Origin: an uncultured delta proteobacterium
GTDB taxonomy: Bacteria > Myxococcota > Myxococcia > Myxococcales > Myxococcaceae
Direction: 5' to 3'
Assembly: GCA_963776345.1 (NCBI GenBank)
Contig: CAVZMH010000018.1
Coordinates: 32,001 to 96,000 of the forward strand
Length of the DNA stretch: 64,000 nt
Shown here: piece after piece, positions 23,670-34,945 of the stretch
Layout of the letters: the number at the start of each line of letters is the position of its first letter
How positions within the stretch are numbered: position 1 is the stretch's first letter
Notes under the pieces: model-generated
The model's database searches: none
Seen by the model: only the letters and a program-made list of their open reading frames with translations
What the model was told of the DNA's origin: nothing
Position numbers and translations under genes: made by a program

Positions 23670-24155
23670 TCAGACCTTGGCGGCCTTCTCCACGGTCACC
23701 GGGATCTTCTTCGGCTGCACCGCCGGCAGCTTCGGGAAGACGATGGTGAGCACGCCGGCGCTGAGGTTGGCCTGCACTGCGCTCAGGTCCGCGCCGTCCG
23801 GCAGGGTGAACGAACGGGTGAAGCGGCCGTAGGTCCGCTCACGGGCGTAGTACTCACCCTCCTCCTTCTCCGTCTTGTCCACCCTGGTGCCGGTGATGGT
23901 CAGCCTGTTCCCGGTGAGGTTGACCTCGACGTCCTTGGCCTCCACGCCCGGCAGGTCGGCGAGGAAGACGAACCGGTCCTTGGTCTCCCGCACCTCGAAG
24001 GGAGGGGTCACCCGGTGCACGTCCACCGGAAGCAGCGGGGCCATCTCCTGGAACGGATCCCAGGCGAGCAGCTCGCGGAGCGAGCGGATCGGGTGGAACG
24101 GGGTCAGCGCCGGTAGCTCGGTGCTCGGGGTCCGGCGCACGATGAGATCGTTCAT
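23670..24155 (-). CDS. Hsp20/alpha-crystallin small heat-shock protein
   Basis: FEVRET..ADLPGV, ERTYGRFTRSFTLP, GVLTI..PK and KKIPV motifs; GGAGG RBS. Confidence 0.93.
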   Translation of the reverse strand: MNDLIVRRTPSTELPALTPFHPIRSLRELLAWDPFQEMAPLLPVDVHRVTPPFEVRETKDRFVFLADLPGVEAKDVEVNLTGNRLTITGTRVDKTEKEEGEYYARERTYGRFTRSFTLPDGADLSAVQANLSAGVLTIVFPKLPAVQPKKIPVTVEKAAKV

Positions 24156-24202
24156 GACGTCCTCCACTGGCCCACTGACAGATCGGGCCAGCGATCGCTC
24201 GC

Positions 24203-24218
24203 AGCATTTTCCGAGCCA
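24203..24218 (-). promoter_or_regulatory. Sigma-54 promoter of hsp20
   Basis: TGGCTCGGAAAATGCT (GG-N10-GC). Confidence 0.55.
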
Positions 24219-24340
24219 CGCGTGCTGCGCCGCGGCACGGAAGGGATGGAGTGCAAGCCGTTCGCAACGTCCACGAGCGGCGTGGCCCGCAAGGAGAACT
24301 GCTCCGACACATCGAGCGAATCTGATGCGCTCCGCGCGAT

Positions 24341-24356
24341 CGGTACGCTCGGTGCA
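24341..24356 (+). promoter_or_regulatory. Sigma-54 promoter of the STAS-like gene
   Basis: CGGTACGCTCGGTGCA (GG-N10-GC). Confidence 0.5.
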
Positions 24357-24393
24357 AGACCGATCCACTGCACCCTGGTGGAGACGGAGCGAC

Positions 24394-24702
24394 ATGAGCC
24401 GCGCGTTCGAGGTGGACTGGACGGGCACGAAGGAGGAAGGGCCGGTGTTTCGCGCCGGTCGCGAGTTCGGTGTGACCGAGGCAGCCGAGCTGCGGCAGCG
24501 CCTGACCGAGCTGGGCGCGCGCGTGCCGGTCCGGGTGGACTTCACCCGGACCGTGGACCTGTCCGACCATGCGCTCGCCGAGGTGCTGGAGTGGGTGGTG
24601 GACCGGCACCGCGGCCAGGTCTCCCTCGTGGGGCTCAACGCGCACCACGAACGGATGCTCCGCTACCTCGTGCCCCGTGCGGCGCCGGCGCTGCCGCCCT
24701 GA
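24394..24702 (+). CDS. Small STAS-like protein
   Basis: VRVDFTRT..SDHALA and VSLVGLNAHHERMLRYL; GGAG RBS. Confidence 0.6.
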   Translation: MSRAFEVDWTGTKEEGPVFRAGREFGVTEAAELRQRLTELGARVPVRVDFTRTVDLSDHALAEVLEWVVDRHRGQVSLVGLNAHHERMLRYLVPRAAPALPP

Positions 24703-24778
24703 CCTGGGGCGCGTCGTTGCGCCGCCCCCGCCCTCGTGGGTCGCTCGGCCGGCGCGGACCCTCGAGCGAGGACCTCTC

Positions 24779-25384
24779 ATGACCCCGAGCCGTCGATCGC
24801 CGCATCACCGCGCGCTGGCGCTGTCCATCCTCCTGCTCGCGGCCTGCGCGCACGCGCCTCCCCCGCCGCCGGAGCCGACCGCCGCACCCTCTCCAGGCGC
24901 GACGCCCATCCCGGAGTCGCAGCGGTCGGCGCTGGCCGGGACCTGGGTCTACGCCGGCGGCGACGCCGAGCTGGCCCAGGTGAACGCGGCCGTGGAGCGC
25001 GCGACGGCGGACATGGGCTTCCTCGCGCGGGGCTTCGCCGCCGAGGCGCTGCGGGCCCGTGCCCGTCCCCGCGACCGGTACACGCTCTCGTTCCAGGGGT
25101 CGGAGGTCAGCATCGCCTCGCCCGACCACCCGACGGAGCGCGGGGAGGTGGGCGGTCCGCCGGTGACCATCACCGACCGCTTCGGCGACGAGAACCAGAC
25201 CACCTTCCAGCTCCGCGAAGGCGCCCTGGTCTCGTCGGGCAAGGGCACCGACGGCTCGGGCGAGACGGTCTTCACGCCCGGCGCCGACGGCCGGACCCTC
25301 CGCGTCCACCGCCTGATGCTCAGCGGGCGGCTCTCGGCGCCGGTGGACGTGACGCTCAGCTACCGCCGTGAGGGCGCACCCTGA
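24779..25384 (+). CDS. Hypothetical lipoprotein
   Basis: Lipobox LLAAC, Pro-rich linker, LAGTW motif. Confidence 0.7.
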   Translation: MTPSRRSPHHRALALSILLLAACAHAPPPPPEPTAAPSPGATPIPESQRSALAGTWVYAGGDAELAQVNAAVERATADMGFLARGFAAEALRARARPRDRYTLSFQGSEVSIASPDHPTERGEVGGPPVTITDRFGDENQTTFQLREGALVSSGKGTDGSGETVFTPGADGRTLRVHRLMLSGRLSAPVDVTLSYRREGAP

Positions 25385-25493
25385 TCCACGGCCCGGGACG
25401 GCGCTCCCCTCGACGCGCTCATTGCGCTGAACCGGTCGAGCGCTAGTCCGCCTGTGCTTGCCCGGGCGGGGCAGGCGGAGGAACTTGCCGCTC

Positions 25494-26882
<1,389 letters not shown>

Positions 26883-26928
26883 CGTTCCGTTGCGCCGTGG
26901 ACCGCGGTCCCGGGATACGCTTCGTGGG

Positions 26929-27084
26929 ATGCGCTTCTCCCGCCTCCTTGCCGCCATCGTCCTCTGCGCCTCGTCGGCCGCGCTCGCCGATGACTTCACC
27001 GCCTCCAAGACCGGGCTCATGTACGAGGCGAGCGTGGGCGGGCAGAAGTTCGGCTACCAGCCCTTCGGCGCGAAGAAGAAGTGA
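26929..27084 (+). pseudogene. Signal peptide joined to the C-terminal tail of a Ysc84/SYLF-like protein (internal deletion, or a microprotein)
   Basis: MRFSRLLAAIVLCASSAALA followed directly by FTASKTGLMYEASVGGQKFGY. Confidence 0.55.
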
Positions 27085-27862
27085 GCCCGAGCGAGCTCGT
27101 CCCGCGCCCCGCGGAGCGCGGCGCCGAGTGGGGCAAGACGCCTCCGCGCAGCGAGGAGCACGCCTTCCTCGCCGGGCCGCGGAACCGCCCGCTCGAGCTG
27201 CTCTGGGTGCTCCGCACCGCGCCGAGTTCCTCCGCTGCTTCCGGCAGCTCCACTTCGTGGGTCCGTGCGTGACGGTGTTCGGCTCGGCGCGGTTCCCCGA
27301 GGGACACCCGGCCTATTCGCTCGCTCGCCGGATGGGAGCGGCGCTGTCCCAGGCCGGCTTCACGGTGATGACCGGCGGCGGCCCCGGGCTGATGGAGGCG
27401 GCGAACCGTGGCGCGAAGGAGGCCGGAGGCGCCTCGGTGGGCTGCAACATCGCGCTCCCGGTGGAGCAGCGGCCCAACGCCTACCTGGACCGGTGGGTGG
27501 AGACGCGCTCGTTCTTCGTCCGCAAGGTGGTGCTGGCGAAGTACTCCTACGCCTTCGTGGCGGCGCCCGGAGGCCTCGGCACGCTGGACGAGATCTTCGA
27601 GGTGGCGGTGCTGGTGCAGACGGGGAAGATCCGCGACTTTCCCCTGGTGCTCCTCGGGGTGGAGCACTGGCGGCCGCTCCTGGACTTCCTGCGCGAGCGC
27701 CTGGTCCCGGCGGGGACCATCGACGCGGCGGACGTGGAGCGCTTCTGGCTGACCGACTCGCCCGAGGAGGCGGCGGAGTACGTACGGGAGCGAGCCCTGC
27801 AGAAGTTCGGGCTGAGCGCGGTGCCCCCGATGCGCCGGCGCTGGTGGCTCCTCGAGCGCTGA
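27081..27862 (+). CDS. LOG-family (TIGR00730) nucleotide phosphoribohydrolase; frameshift at ~27220
   Basis: VTVFGSAR, TGGGPGLMEAANRGA, FFVRK and PGGLGTLDE motifs. Confidence 0.88.
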
Positions 27863-28029
27863 CGCCCCGGCGGGTCGCCGGCTCCTACCTGGCGCGTGGG
27901 AGGCGCATGGAGCGGGAGGCTACGACGGGAGCGTCTCCCATCTCGCGGGATGCAACGGGTCCCGGTCGACAGAGGAGGACGGCGCGTGACCTCGGCCACG
28001 CGCCGCCCGGACTGCCTTCGGTGAACGAC

Positions 28030-28449
28030 CTAGCTCTGGCTCGCGCCGCACTGGGCGCGGAAGTCGTGGAGCTTGCCCTGCGACGGCTCCAGCTTCAGCG
28101 CGCCCTGCACGTCCGAGACGAAGGCCATCGACGAGCCGTCCTGGCACTTGAGATCGGTGCCCGGCTGCACCTTCACCGTCACATCCTTGTCCGAGGGCAG
28201 GTTGTCGATCTGGTACGAGCAGCGGTTCTTGCTCGCGTGGATCGACGAGCGGCCCACCTGCTGGTCGCCCACGGTGGCCACCACCGCAAGGTTGTTGCAC
28301 ACGGCCGAGCCCGCCGTCGCCTCAGGGACGACGATCACGCCGGTCACGGAGCTGTTGTAGGTGTACTCCAGGCGCGGATCGACGCCGGAGGCGGAGGTGG
28401 CACAGGCCACGGCGCCGAGGAACGCGAGTGCTGCGATGACTGGCTTCAC
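28030..28449 (-). CDS. Hypothetical lipoprotein
   Basis: GGAGA RBS, GTG start, lipobox AVAC, four further Cys. Confidence 0.7.
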   Translation of the reverse strand: MKPVIAALAFLGAVACATSASGVDPRLEYTYNSSVTGVIVVPEATAGSAVCNNLAVVATVGDQQVGRSSIHASKNRCSYQIDNLPSDKDVTVKVQPGTDLKCQDGSSMAFVSDVQGALKLEPSQGKLHDFRAQCGASQS

Positions 28450-28643
28450 GGTATCTCCCAAGGAAAAGTGATCGCGGCCGAGCCCACCGAAGTGGCCCCT
28501 TCCGCCTGCCCGTACGGTCCGGGTCGGGAGTTGATTGCGTCCCCGATCGGGGAACGGCAACCACAGTGCAGCGAGCGAGTGACCGGCACAGCGCTCGCTG
28601 CGGTCGCGACACCGTTCGCTGCGTGCGTTGCGGAGGAACAGGC

Positions 28644-30077
28644 GTGAGGCGCGCGTGGCCGTGGATCCGTGTGCTGCTTATTCTGCAGAGCCTCCGTCTC
28701 GTCGTCAGCTCGCTCTTCGAGCTCGTTCCGCAGGAGGCGTACTACCTCTTCTACGCGCGGCACCCTGCGCTCTCGTACTTCGACCACCCCGGTCTCCTCG
28801 CCTGGTGCCTCGCACTGCCGGCGCAGCTCCGCCCTCCACCGCCAGTGCTGGTCCGGCTGGTTCCCTTCCTCCTCGCCGCGGTCACCCTCGCGGGGATGGT
28901 CCGGCTGGCGCGCCGCTTCGTTCCCGCCGCGCCTGGCCGGGCGGTGTTGCTCCTCGCCACCACCGGCGCCTTCAGTGTGCTCGGCGTGGTGGCGTTGCCC
29001 GACGCGCCGCTGGTCGCCGCGTGGACCTGGACCCTCTGCTTCCTGGCCGAGGCGCTGCTCGAGGGTCGACCGGCGGCGTGGCTCCCGGCCGGCCTGTGCG
29101 CGGGCCTGGCGTTCGAGTCGAAGTACACCGGCGCCTTCCTCCTTCTCGGCGCGGGAGTGCTCCTCCTCGCGCTGCCTCGGGGCCGCCGGGCGCTCGGCAC
29201 CCCGTGGCCGTGGCTCGGCCTGGCGCTCGCCGCGCTCATCACCGCCCCGGTGTGGATCTGGAACGCCACGCACGGCTGGGCGTCGTTTCTCTTCCAGACC
29301 GCGGGGCGGGTGGAACATGCCCGTGGCCTCTCACCGTGGAACCTGCTCGGCCTCGTCGGCTCCGAGCTGGTCCTGGTGCTCCCGCCGCTCCTCTTCGTCT
29401 GGGGACGGGAGGCGGTGCGGGCCGTGCCGCGCGCCCTGCGCGGGACGCTGGACGAGGACGAGCTCTTCCTCGCCGTCTTCTCGCTCCTCCCGGCGGCGGT
29501 GCTGATCGGGGTGAGCCTCGGCGCGGTGGTGAAGCCCAACTGGCCCTTGCCCCTGTGGATCGCCGGCGTGCTGTGGGCGGCGCGCCGCTCCGGCCCGGCG
29601 CTGCTGCGCTGGAACGCCGCGGCGTCCGCGGTGGTGCATGCGCTGGTGCTGGTGGAGCTCTTCGCCTACCCGGTCCGGCTCGGCGACGACACCTGGGTCG
29701 GGTGGCGGTCGCTCCGGGAGCAGACCCAGGCCCGCCTCGGGCCGGGCGAGTTCGCGTTCTCCGCGGACGACTACAAGACCACCGCCGAGCTGCTGCTCGA
29801 CGGGCGGGTCGAGGCCTACGGACGCAACCTCCTCGGCCAGCCCGCGCTCCAGTTCGACTTCGTGGGGCTCGACGCCCGCGCGCTGGCCGGGCGCACCGGC
29901 CTGTTCCTGGACTCCGAGCCGCGCCGCTTCGACGACGCGCCGTCCGGGCCACCGCCTGCGGCGCTCGTCGAGCGCTGTGGCCGGGTGGTCGACGAGCCGC
30001 CGCTCCTCGTCCGGCGCGGAGAGCGCATCGTGCGCCGCTTCCGTGCCTGGCGCTGCGTGGACTACCGGCCGCCCTAG
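28644..30077 (+). CDS. GT-C fold glycosyltransferase (ArnT/PMT, GT39/83-like)
   Basis: QEAYY..LSYFDHP, PDAP and SKYT motifs; multiple TM segments. Confidence 0.85.
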   Translation: MRRAWPWIRVLLILQSLRLVVSSLFELVPQEAYYLFYARHPALSYFDHPGLLAWCLALPAQLRPPPPVLVRLVPFLLAAVTLAGMVRLARRFVPAAPGRAVLLLATTGAFSVLGVVALPDAPLVAAWTWTLCFLAEALLEGRPAAWLPAGLCAGLAFESKYTGAFLLLGAGVLLLALPRGRRALGTPWPWLGLALAALITAPVWIWNATHGWASFLFQTAGRVEHARGLSPWNLLGLVGSELVLVLPPLLFVWGREAVRAVPRALRGTLDEDELFLAVFSLLPAAVLIGVSLGAVVKPNWPLPLWIAGVLWAARRSGPALLRWNAAASAVVHALVLVELFAYPVRLGDDTWVGWRSLREQTQARLGPGEFAFSADDYKTTAELLLDGRVEAYGRNLLGQPALQFDFVGLDARALAGRTGLFLDSEPRRFDDAPSGPPPAALVERCGRVVDEPPLLVRRGERIVRRFRAWRCVDYRPP

Positions 30078-31441
30078 ATCCAGGCGTCGAAGAGGTTGTT
30101 CAGCGACTCGGCCAGGCCGGGGTGGGGGAAGATGGCGTCCCGCAGCACGGTCCAGGGCAGGTCGCCCAGCATGGCGGTCTGCACCACCGAGGCCAGCTCG
30201 CCGCCCTCGAATCCCAGCGCCGAGAACCCGAGGATGCGATCCGTCCCGGCGTGGACCACCGCCCGGAGCAGCCCCCGGGTCTCGCCTGCCTCGATGGCCC
30301 GCGCCACGTGCGTCATCGGCAGGCGGGCCACCTTGATCGGCAGCCCCCGCGCCCGGGCCTCGGCCTCGGTGAGGCCCACCCGTCCGAGCTGGGGGTCGGT
30401 GAACAGCGTGTAGGGGACCAGCCGCCCCACCGGCGACCGCGCCGGCCCGCCGATCAGCTCCGCGCGGAGGACCCGGTAGTCGTCGTAGGAGACATGGGTG
30501 AACTGTGGCGCCCCGGTGACGTCTCCCACGGCGTACACGCCCTCTGCAGAGGTCCGCAGCTGCGCGTCCACCCGGATGAAGCCGTGCGCGTCCAGCGCCA
30601 CGCCGCCCACCCGACAGTCCAGCGCGTCCGAGTTCGGCGTCCGTCCCACCGCGACCAGGAGGTGCGTCCCCTCGAGCGCCGTGCCGCCGTCGAGCTCGAG
30701 GCGAACGCCCGCGCCGCCCGGGCCCACCCGCGTCGCGCGCGCGCCCAGGTGGAGCGAGATGCCCTCGCCGCGGAGGATGTCGGCCAGCGCCCCGGAGATG
30801 TCCTCGTCCTCGCGCGGGGCGAGGCGGTCCGCGGTCTCGACCACCGTCACCTCCGCGCCGAGCCGGCGGAACACCTGGCCCAGCTCGAGCGCGATGTAGC
30901 CACCCCCGAGCACCAGGAGGCGGGAAGGGAACTCGGGCAAGGTGAGGATCGACGAGGAATCGAGTGCCCGGACCGAGTCCAGCCCGGGAAGCGGGGGCTG
31001 GCGGGGCCGTCCTCCGGTGTCGAGCACCACCACCGGCGCAGAGTGCTCCTCGTCTGCGCCCTCGCCTCCGGTGACCAGGAGCCGCCGCGGGCCGACGAAG
31101 CGCGCCTCGCCGCGGAGCAGCGTCACGCCGCCGTCGCGGAGCCGCCGCTCGCCACCGGCCCGGAACTGGCTCACCACGGCCTGCGCGCGGTCGCGGACCG
31201 CCGCCCACCGGGTGCGGGGCGGCCCGGCGTCGATCCCGTACTCGGCGGCTCGGGCCGCCAGGGCGGCCACGCGCGCGCTCGCCACCAGGGTCTTGGTGGG
31301 CGTGCATCCGACGTTGATGCAGGTCCCTCCCACCTCGGCCCGCTCGATGAGCGCGGTCTTGCGGCCCGCCCGCGCCAGCGCCACCGCCAGCGGCACTCCC
31401 GCCTGACCGGAGCCGACCACCAGCGCATCCCAGGTCCGCAT
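30074..31441 (-). CDS. Class I pyridine nucleotide-disulfide oxidoreductase (MerA/RclA-like, no C-terminal Cys pair)
   Basis: GSGQAG, GGTCINVGCTPTK, GGGYIALE and HPGLAESLNNLF motifs. Confidence 0.88.
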   Translation of the reverse strand: MRTWDALVVGSGQAGVPLAVALARAGRKTALIERAEVGGTCINVGCTPTKTLVASARVAALAARAAEYGIDAGPPRTRWAAVRDRAQAVVSQFRAGGERRLRDGGVTLLRGEARFVGPRRLLVTGGEGADEEHSAPVVVLDTGGRPRQPPLPGLDSVRALDSSSILTLPEFPSRLLVLGGGYIALELGQVFRRLGAEVTVVETADRLAPREDEDISGALADILRGEGISLHLGARATRVGPGGAGVRLELDGGTALEGTHLLVAVGRTPNSDALDCRVGGVALDAHGFIRVDAQLRTSAEGVYAVGDVTGAPQFTHVSYDDYRVLRAELIGGPARSPVGRLVPYTLFTDPQLGRVGLTEAEARARGLPIKVARLPMTHVARAIEAGETRGLLRAVVHAGTDRILGFSALGFEGGELASVVQTAMLGDLPWTVLRDAIFPHPGLAESLNNLFDAWI

Positions 31442-31553
31442 CGACACCGCACGTACCATGCCGAGGTCTGCGCGCACCACACAGCGGCGCCTCCCCTGCG
31501 CAGCGAAGCCACCTTGTTGTGCTCGCGCCGGGGCGGTCAGATCCGCTGGCCTC

Positions 31554-33458
31554 GTGAGACCCTCTCCGGTTTCCAACCGCAGCGCGCTCCGCGTCCTCCT
31601 GGTCGAGGACTCCGAGCCCGACGCGACCCTGATCGTGCACGCGCTCCAGACCGAGGGGCGGCTGGTGCGCTTCCACCGGGTGGACACCGCCGAGACGTTC
31701 CAGGAGGCGCTCCTGTCCGCGCCGTGGGACGTCATCGTCTCCGACCACCGGCTCCCGCAGTTCGACGCGCTGGAGGCGCTGGGGCGACTGCAAGAGAGCG
31801 GGCTGGACGTGCCCTTCATCCTGGTGTCGGGGACGGTGGACGAGGCCCACGCCGTCGCCGCGATGAAGGCCGGGGCGCACGATTACCTCATGAAGGACAA
31901 CCTCGCCCGGCTCGCGCCGGCGGTGGAGCGGGAGTGCGCCGAGGCGGCCCAGCGCGCCGCCCGGCGTCGCACCGACGCCGCGCTCCGCCGGAGCGAGATG
32001 GACCTGCGGGCGGTGATGGAGCACGTCCCCGACGGGCTGCTCACGGTGAGCGCCGGCGGGATGCTGGTCAGCATGAACCCCGCCGCGGAGCGCATCTTCG
32101 GGGTCCAGGCCTCGGAGGTGGTGGGGCGGCCGGCGGACGAGTTCCTCCCTCCCGGCTTCCAGGGCTACGTGGGTCAGGGGAGCCGCTCCAGCGAGGCCCG
32201 CCGCCGCGACGGCACCATGGTCCACCTCGAGCTCGCGGTGGCCGAGGTGCCGGGGGGCGACCAGCGGCTGGTGGTCAGCGTGCGCGACGTCACCGAGCGC
32301 AAGCGGCTCGAGGCCGAGGTGCAGCGCACCCAGAAGATGGACACCGTGGGCATGCTCGCCGGCGGCGTGGCCCACGACTTCAACAACGTGCTCACCGGCA
32401 TCCAGAGCGCCGCAGCGCTGGCCCGGCTCGACCTCCCGGTGGACCACTCCGCCCAGACCGACCTCGCGGAGATCGAGCGGCAGTGCCAGCGCGCCGCGGC
32501 GCTGGTGCGGCAGCTCCTGGCCTTCGCCCGCCGTCAGCCGCTGGCCCAGCGCTCGCTCAGCCTCAACCAGGTGGTGCTCGACGTGGAGAGCCTGCTCCGC
32601 CGCGTCATCGGCGAGCCGGTGAAGCTGGTGACCGAGCTGGCCGAGGATCTCTGGACCATCTCCGGGGACCCGGCGCAGCTGGAGCAGGTGCTGATGAACC
32701 TCTGCGTGAACGCCCGCGACGCCATGCCCGAGGGCGGGACGCTCACCGTCCGGACCCGCAACCTCGAGGTGGATGCCGAGTTCGCCACCCGCCACGGCAC
32801 CGTCCCGGGGAGGCGAATGGTCGAGCTGTCGGTGAGGGACACCGGCGTGGGCATCCCCGCCGGCACGCTGGAGCGCATCTTCGAGCCGTTCTTCACCACC
32901 AAGGCGCCGGGCCGGGGCACCGGGCTCGGCCTGGCGGTGGTGCACGGCATCGTCCGCCAGCACCAGGGCGTGGTGGAGGTGTCGAGCGCGCCGTCGCGGG
33001 GCTCGACCTTCCAGATCCTCCTCCCGGCCGTGGAGGGGCTCCCCCTGGAGACCGAGCGGCGCGCCCGCCCCCCCGCGCCGCGCACCGGGGGCACGGTGCT
33101 GGTCGTCGAGGACGACGCCGCCGTCCGGCAGGGGCTCGCCCGGCTCCTCGAGCGGAGCGGCTTCCGGGCCCTCACCGCGGACGACGCCGAGTCCGCCCTG
33201 GCCCTCCTCGGCGGCGTGGCGGTCGACCTGGTCATCCTCGACGCGGTGCTGCCGGGGCTGAGCGGGCTGGCCGCCTACCGCACCATCCACCAGCGCCACC
33301 CCGGGGCGCGGGTGCTGGTGGTGAGCGGGTACGGCGAGGGGCAGATGGACCCGGAGCTGAGGCGTGACCCCGGGACGAGCTTCCTCCAGAAGCCCTTCAC
33401 CCACCTCGAGCTGCTGGAGGCGGTGCAGCGGGTGCTGGCGCCGAGGACCGGGACCTAG
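31554..33458 (+). CDS. Hybrid sensor kinase (REC-PAS-HisKA-HATPase-REC)
   Basis: [38 protein letters not shown] and VLVVEDD motifs. Confidence 0.92.
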   Translation: MRPSPVSNRSALRVLLVEDSEPDATLIVHALQTEGRLVRFHRVDTAETFQEALLSAPWDVIVSDHRLPQFDALEALGRLQESGLDVPFILVSGTVDEAHAVAAMKAGAHDYLMKDNLARLAPAVERECAEAAQRAARRRTDAALRRSEMDLRAVMEHVPDGLLTVSAGGMLVSMNPAAERIFGVQASEVVGRPADEFLPPGFQGYVGQGSRSSEARRRDGTMVHLELAVAEVPGGDQRLVVSVRDVTERKRLEAEVQRTQKMDTVGMLAGGVAHDFNNVLTGIQSAAALARLDLPVDHSAQTDLAEIERQCQRAAALVRQLLAFARRQPLAQRSLSLNQVVLDVESLLRRVIGEPVKLVTELAEDLWTISGDPAQLEQVLMNLCVNARDAMPEGGTLTVRTRNLEVDAEFATRHGTVPGRRMVELSVRDTGVGIPAGTLERIFEPFFTTKAPGRGTGLGLAVVHGIVRQHQGVVEVSSAPSRGSTFQILLPAVEGLPLETERRARPPAPRTGGTVLVVEDDAAVRQGLARLLERSGFRALTADDAESALALLGGVAVDLVILDAVLPGLSGLAAYRTIHQRHPGARVLVVSGYGEGQMDPELRRDPGTSFLQKPFTHLELLEAVQRVLAPRTGT

Positions 33459-34642
33459 GGAGCCCGTCGCAGCCGCTCGGCCACCGGGGGCGAGTTCAGG
33501 ACTGGCGCGGGCGCGTCCAGCTGCGGGAACGCGTGCCGGAGATCCTCCAGCAGCTGGGACCGGGTCTCCGACGGCGGCCCCGAGCGGATTCGCTCCACCT
33601 GCTCCAGCCCGCGCCGGAGGTTCCCCGCGGCGAGGTGCGCCCGGGCGCTCCAGGCCAGCAGCCGCACGTTGTCCGGATCCGCCGAGAGCGCCTTCTCGAA
33701 CCGCAGCGCGGCGGTGGAGAACGCGCGGGCGTGGTACGAGCGCATCCCCTCGTTGAAGTTCCACGCCGGCTCGTCCTCGAGCAGCTCCCGCCCGCGCGCC
33801 TCGAGCGCGCTGGCCATCGCCTCGTCGCCGAGCCGCCGGGCCGCCTGCACCGCGTTGGCGAAGAGCGGGCGGAAGTGGGGGAAGCGCTCCACCGCGGCAT
33901 GGAGCAGGTCCATCGCCTCGCGGTCCCGTCCGGTCTGCATCAGGACCAGGGAGAAGTTGTTGGGAAGCTCCGGCGCGTCGGGCGCGCGGTCCTCGAAGAA
34001 GCGGAAGATGCGCTCGGCGGTGACCACGTCGCCGGCGAGCATCCGATGCACGGCGACGTTGTTCTGGAAGAGGACGAAGGCCTCGTCGTCCGGCACGTCG
34101 TCGTACAGCGAGAAGCGCCAGGGCGAGGTGTGCACGTTGCCGAAGTCCACGATGACCGCCTGGTCCCAGGAGGCGTCGCGTCCGAGGGCCACCGCCATGT
34201 GCGAGGACTCGAAGAACCGTCCCCCGGCCTCCCAGGTCACCGGGAGCTGGGTGATGCGCACGTACCGCACCGGCACGTCGAGCGTCCGCGCCAGGGCGAC
34301 CAGGAGGTTCGCGTAGCTCATGCAGTCGCCGCGTCGGGCGGCGAAGGCCTTCTCCGCGGTGAGCGAGCTCTGCGTCTGGTACTGGAAGCCGAGGCCGTCG
34401 GCCTCGCCCATGAAGCGCACCAGCTTCAGGAGGCGGGACTTCTCGTTCCCCGCGTAGCCCACCTTCTCCCGCACCAGGGACCTCACCTGTGGCGAGACGC
34501 GCAGCGGCTCCTCGAGCACCAGCCCCTCGGCGCGGGCCTGGTCGATCCACTGATCGGTCAGGGAGTGACGGCCGGCCGAGGTCGATGCACACCCCGACGC
34601 GAGGACCAGAACGACGGCGACGGCCAGCGACTTGGCCACCAC
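33455..34642 (-). CDS. Transglutaminase-like plus TPR lipoprotein
   Basis: Lipobox ASGC; putative Cys-His-Asp triad (GDC, HM, VDF); TPR-like C-terminus. Confidence 0.75.
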   Translation of the reverse strand: MVAKSLAVAVVLVLASGCASTSAGRHSLTDQWIDQARAEGLVLEEPLRVSPQVRSLVREKVGYAGNEKSRLLKLVRFMGEADGLGFQYQTQSSLTAEKAFAARRGDCMSYANLLVALARTLDVPVRYVRITQLPVTWEAGGRFFESSHMAVALGRDASWDQAVIVDFGNVHTSPWRFSLYDDVPDDEAFVLFQNNVAVHRMLAGDVVTAERIFRFFEDRAPDAPELPNNFSLVLMQTGRDREAMDLLHAAVERFPHFRPLFANAVQAARRLGDEAMASALEARGRELLEDEPAWNFNEGMRSYHARAFSTAALRFEKALSADPDNVRLLAWSARAHLAAGNLRRGLEQVERIRSGPPSETRSQLLEDLRHAFPQLDAPAPVLNSPPVAERLRRAP

Positions 34643-34740
34643 GGAACTCCTCCGGCTCCCCTCGACCTTCCGCTGGAAGTCTAGGTCCAGGCGGGGGAAG
34701 GACGCGAATCGCGCAGCGGGCGGGGCCAGGGACGCAGCCG

Positions 34741-34770
34741 TTGACTCACAGCGGCACGGGTGGTTATACG
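34741..34770 (+). promoter_or_regulatory. Sigma-70-type promoter of the tRNA
   Basis: TTGACT-N18-TATACG followed by a GC-rich stretch. Confidence 0.55.
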
Positions 34771-34797
34771 CGCGGACCCTCGCGCAGCCGGGCGAGC

Positions 34798-34870
34798 GGG
34801 AGCGTAGCTCAATTGGCAGAGCAATGGACTCTTAATCCATAGGTTGTGGGTTCGATTCCCTCCGCTCTCA
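34798..34870 (+). tRNA. tRNA-Lys (anticodon CTT); CCA not encoded
   Basis: Acceptor stem GGGAGCG/CGCTCTC, D-arm GCTC..GAGC, anticodon arm ATGGA-CTCTTAA-TCCAT, T-loop TTCGATT. Confidence 0.95.
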
Positions 34871-34891
34871 CTCACGTTGTTGACGGACGAT

Positions 34892-34934
34892 GACGCCGGT
34901 CAGGCCCTTGCCAGCCTGACCGGCGTCCTTGTTT
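34892..34934 (+). terminator. Intrinsic terminator after the tRNA
   Basis: 14-bp stem GACGCCGGTCAGGC/GCCTGACCGGCGTC followed by CTTGTTT. Confidence 0.7.
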
Positions 34935-34945
34935 CCGGACCGGCC

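Noticed and set aside
28568..28601. 10-bp inverted repeat overlapping a GG-N10-GC site upstream of the glycosyltransferase
   Set aside because: Isolated, with no supporting enhancer pair; plausible by chance at this GC content.
28628..34592. Very long Arg/Gly/Pro-rich ORFs (1579 and 1753 aa, and similar elsewhere)
   Set aside because: Shadow frames of real genes in high-GC DNA, with no domain motifs.
34798..34870. Amber suppressor explaining the in-frame TAG codons
   Set aside because: The anticodon is CTT (Lys), not CTA, and TAG terminates many genes normally.
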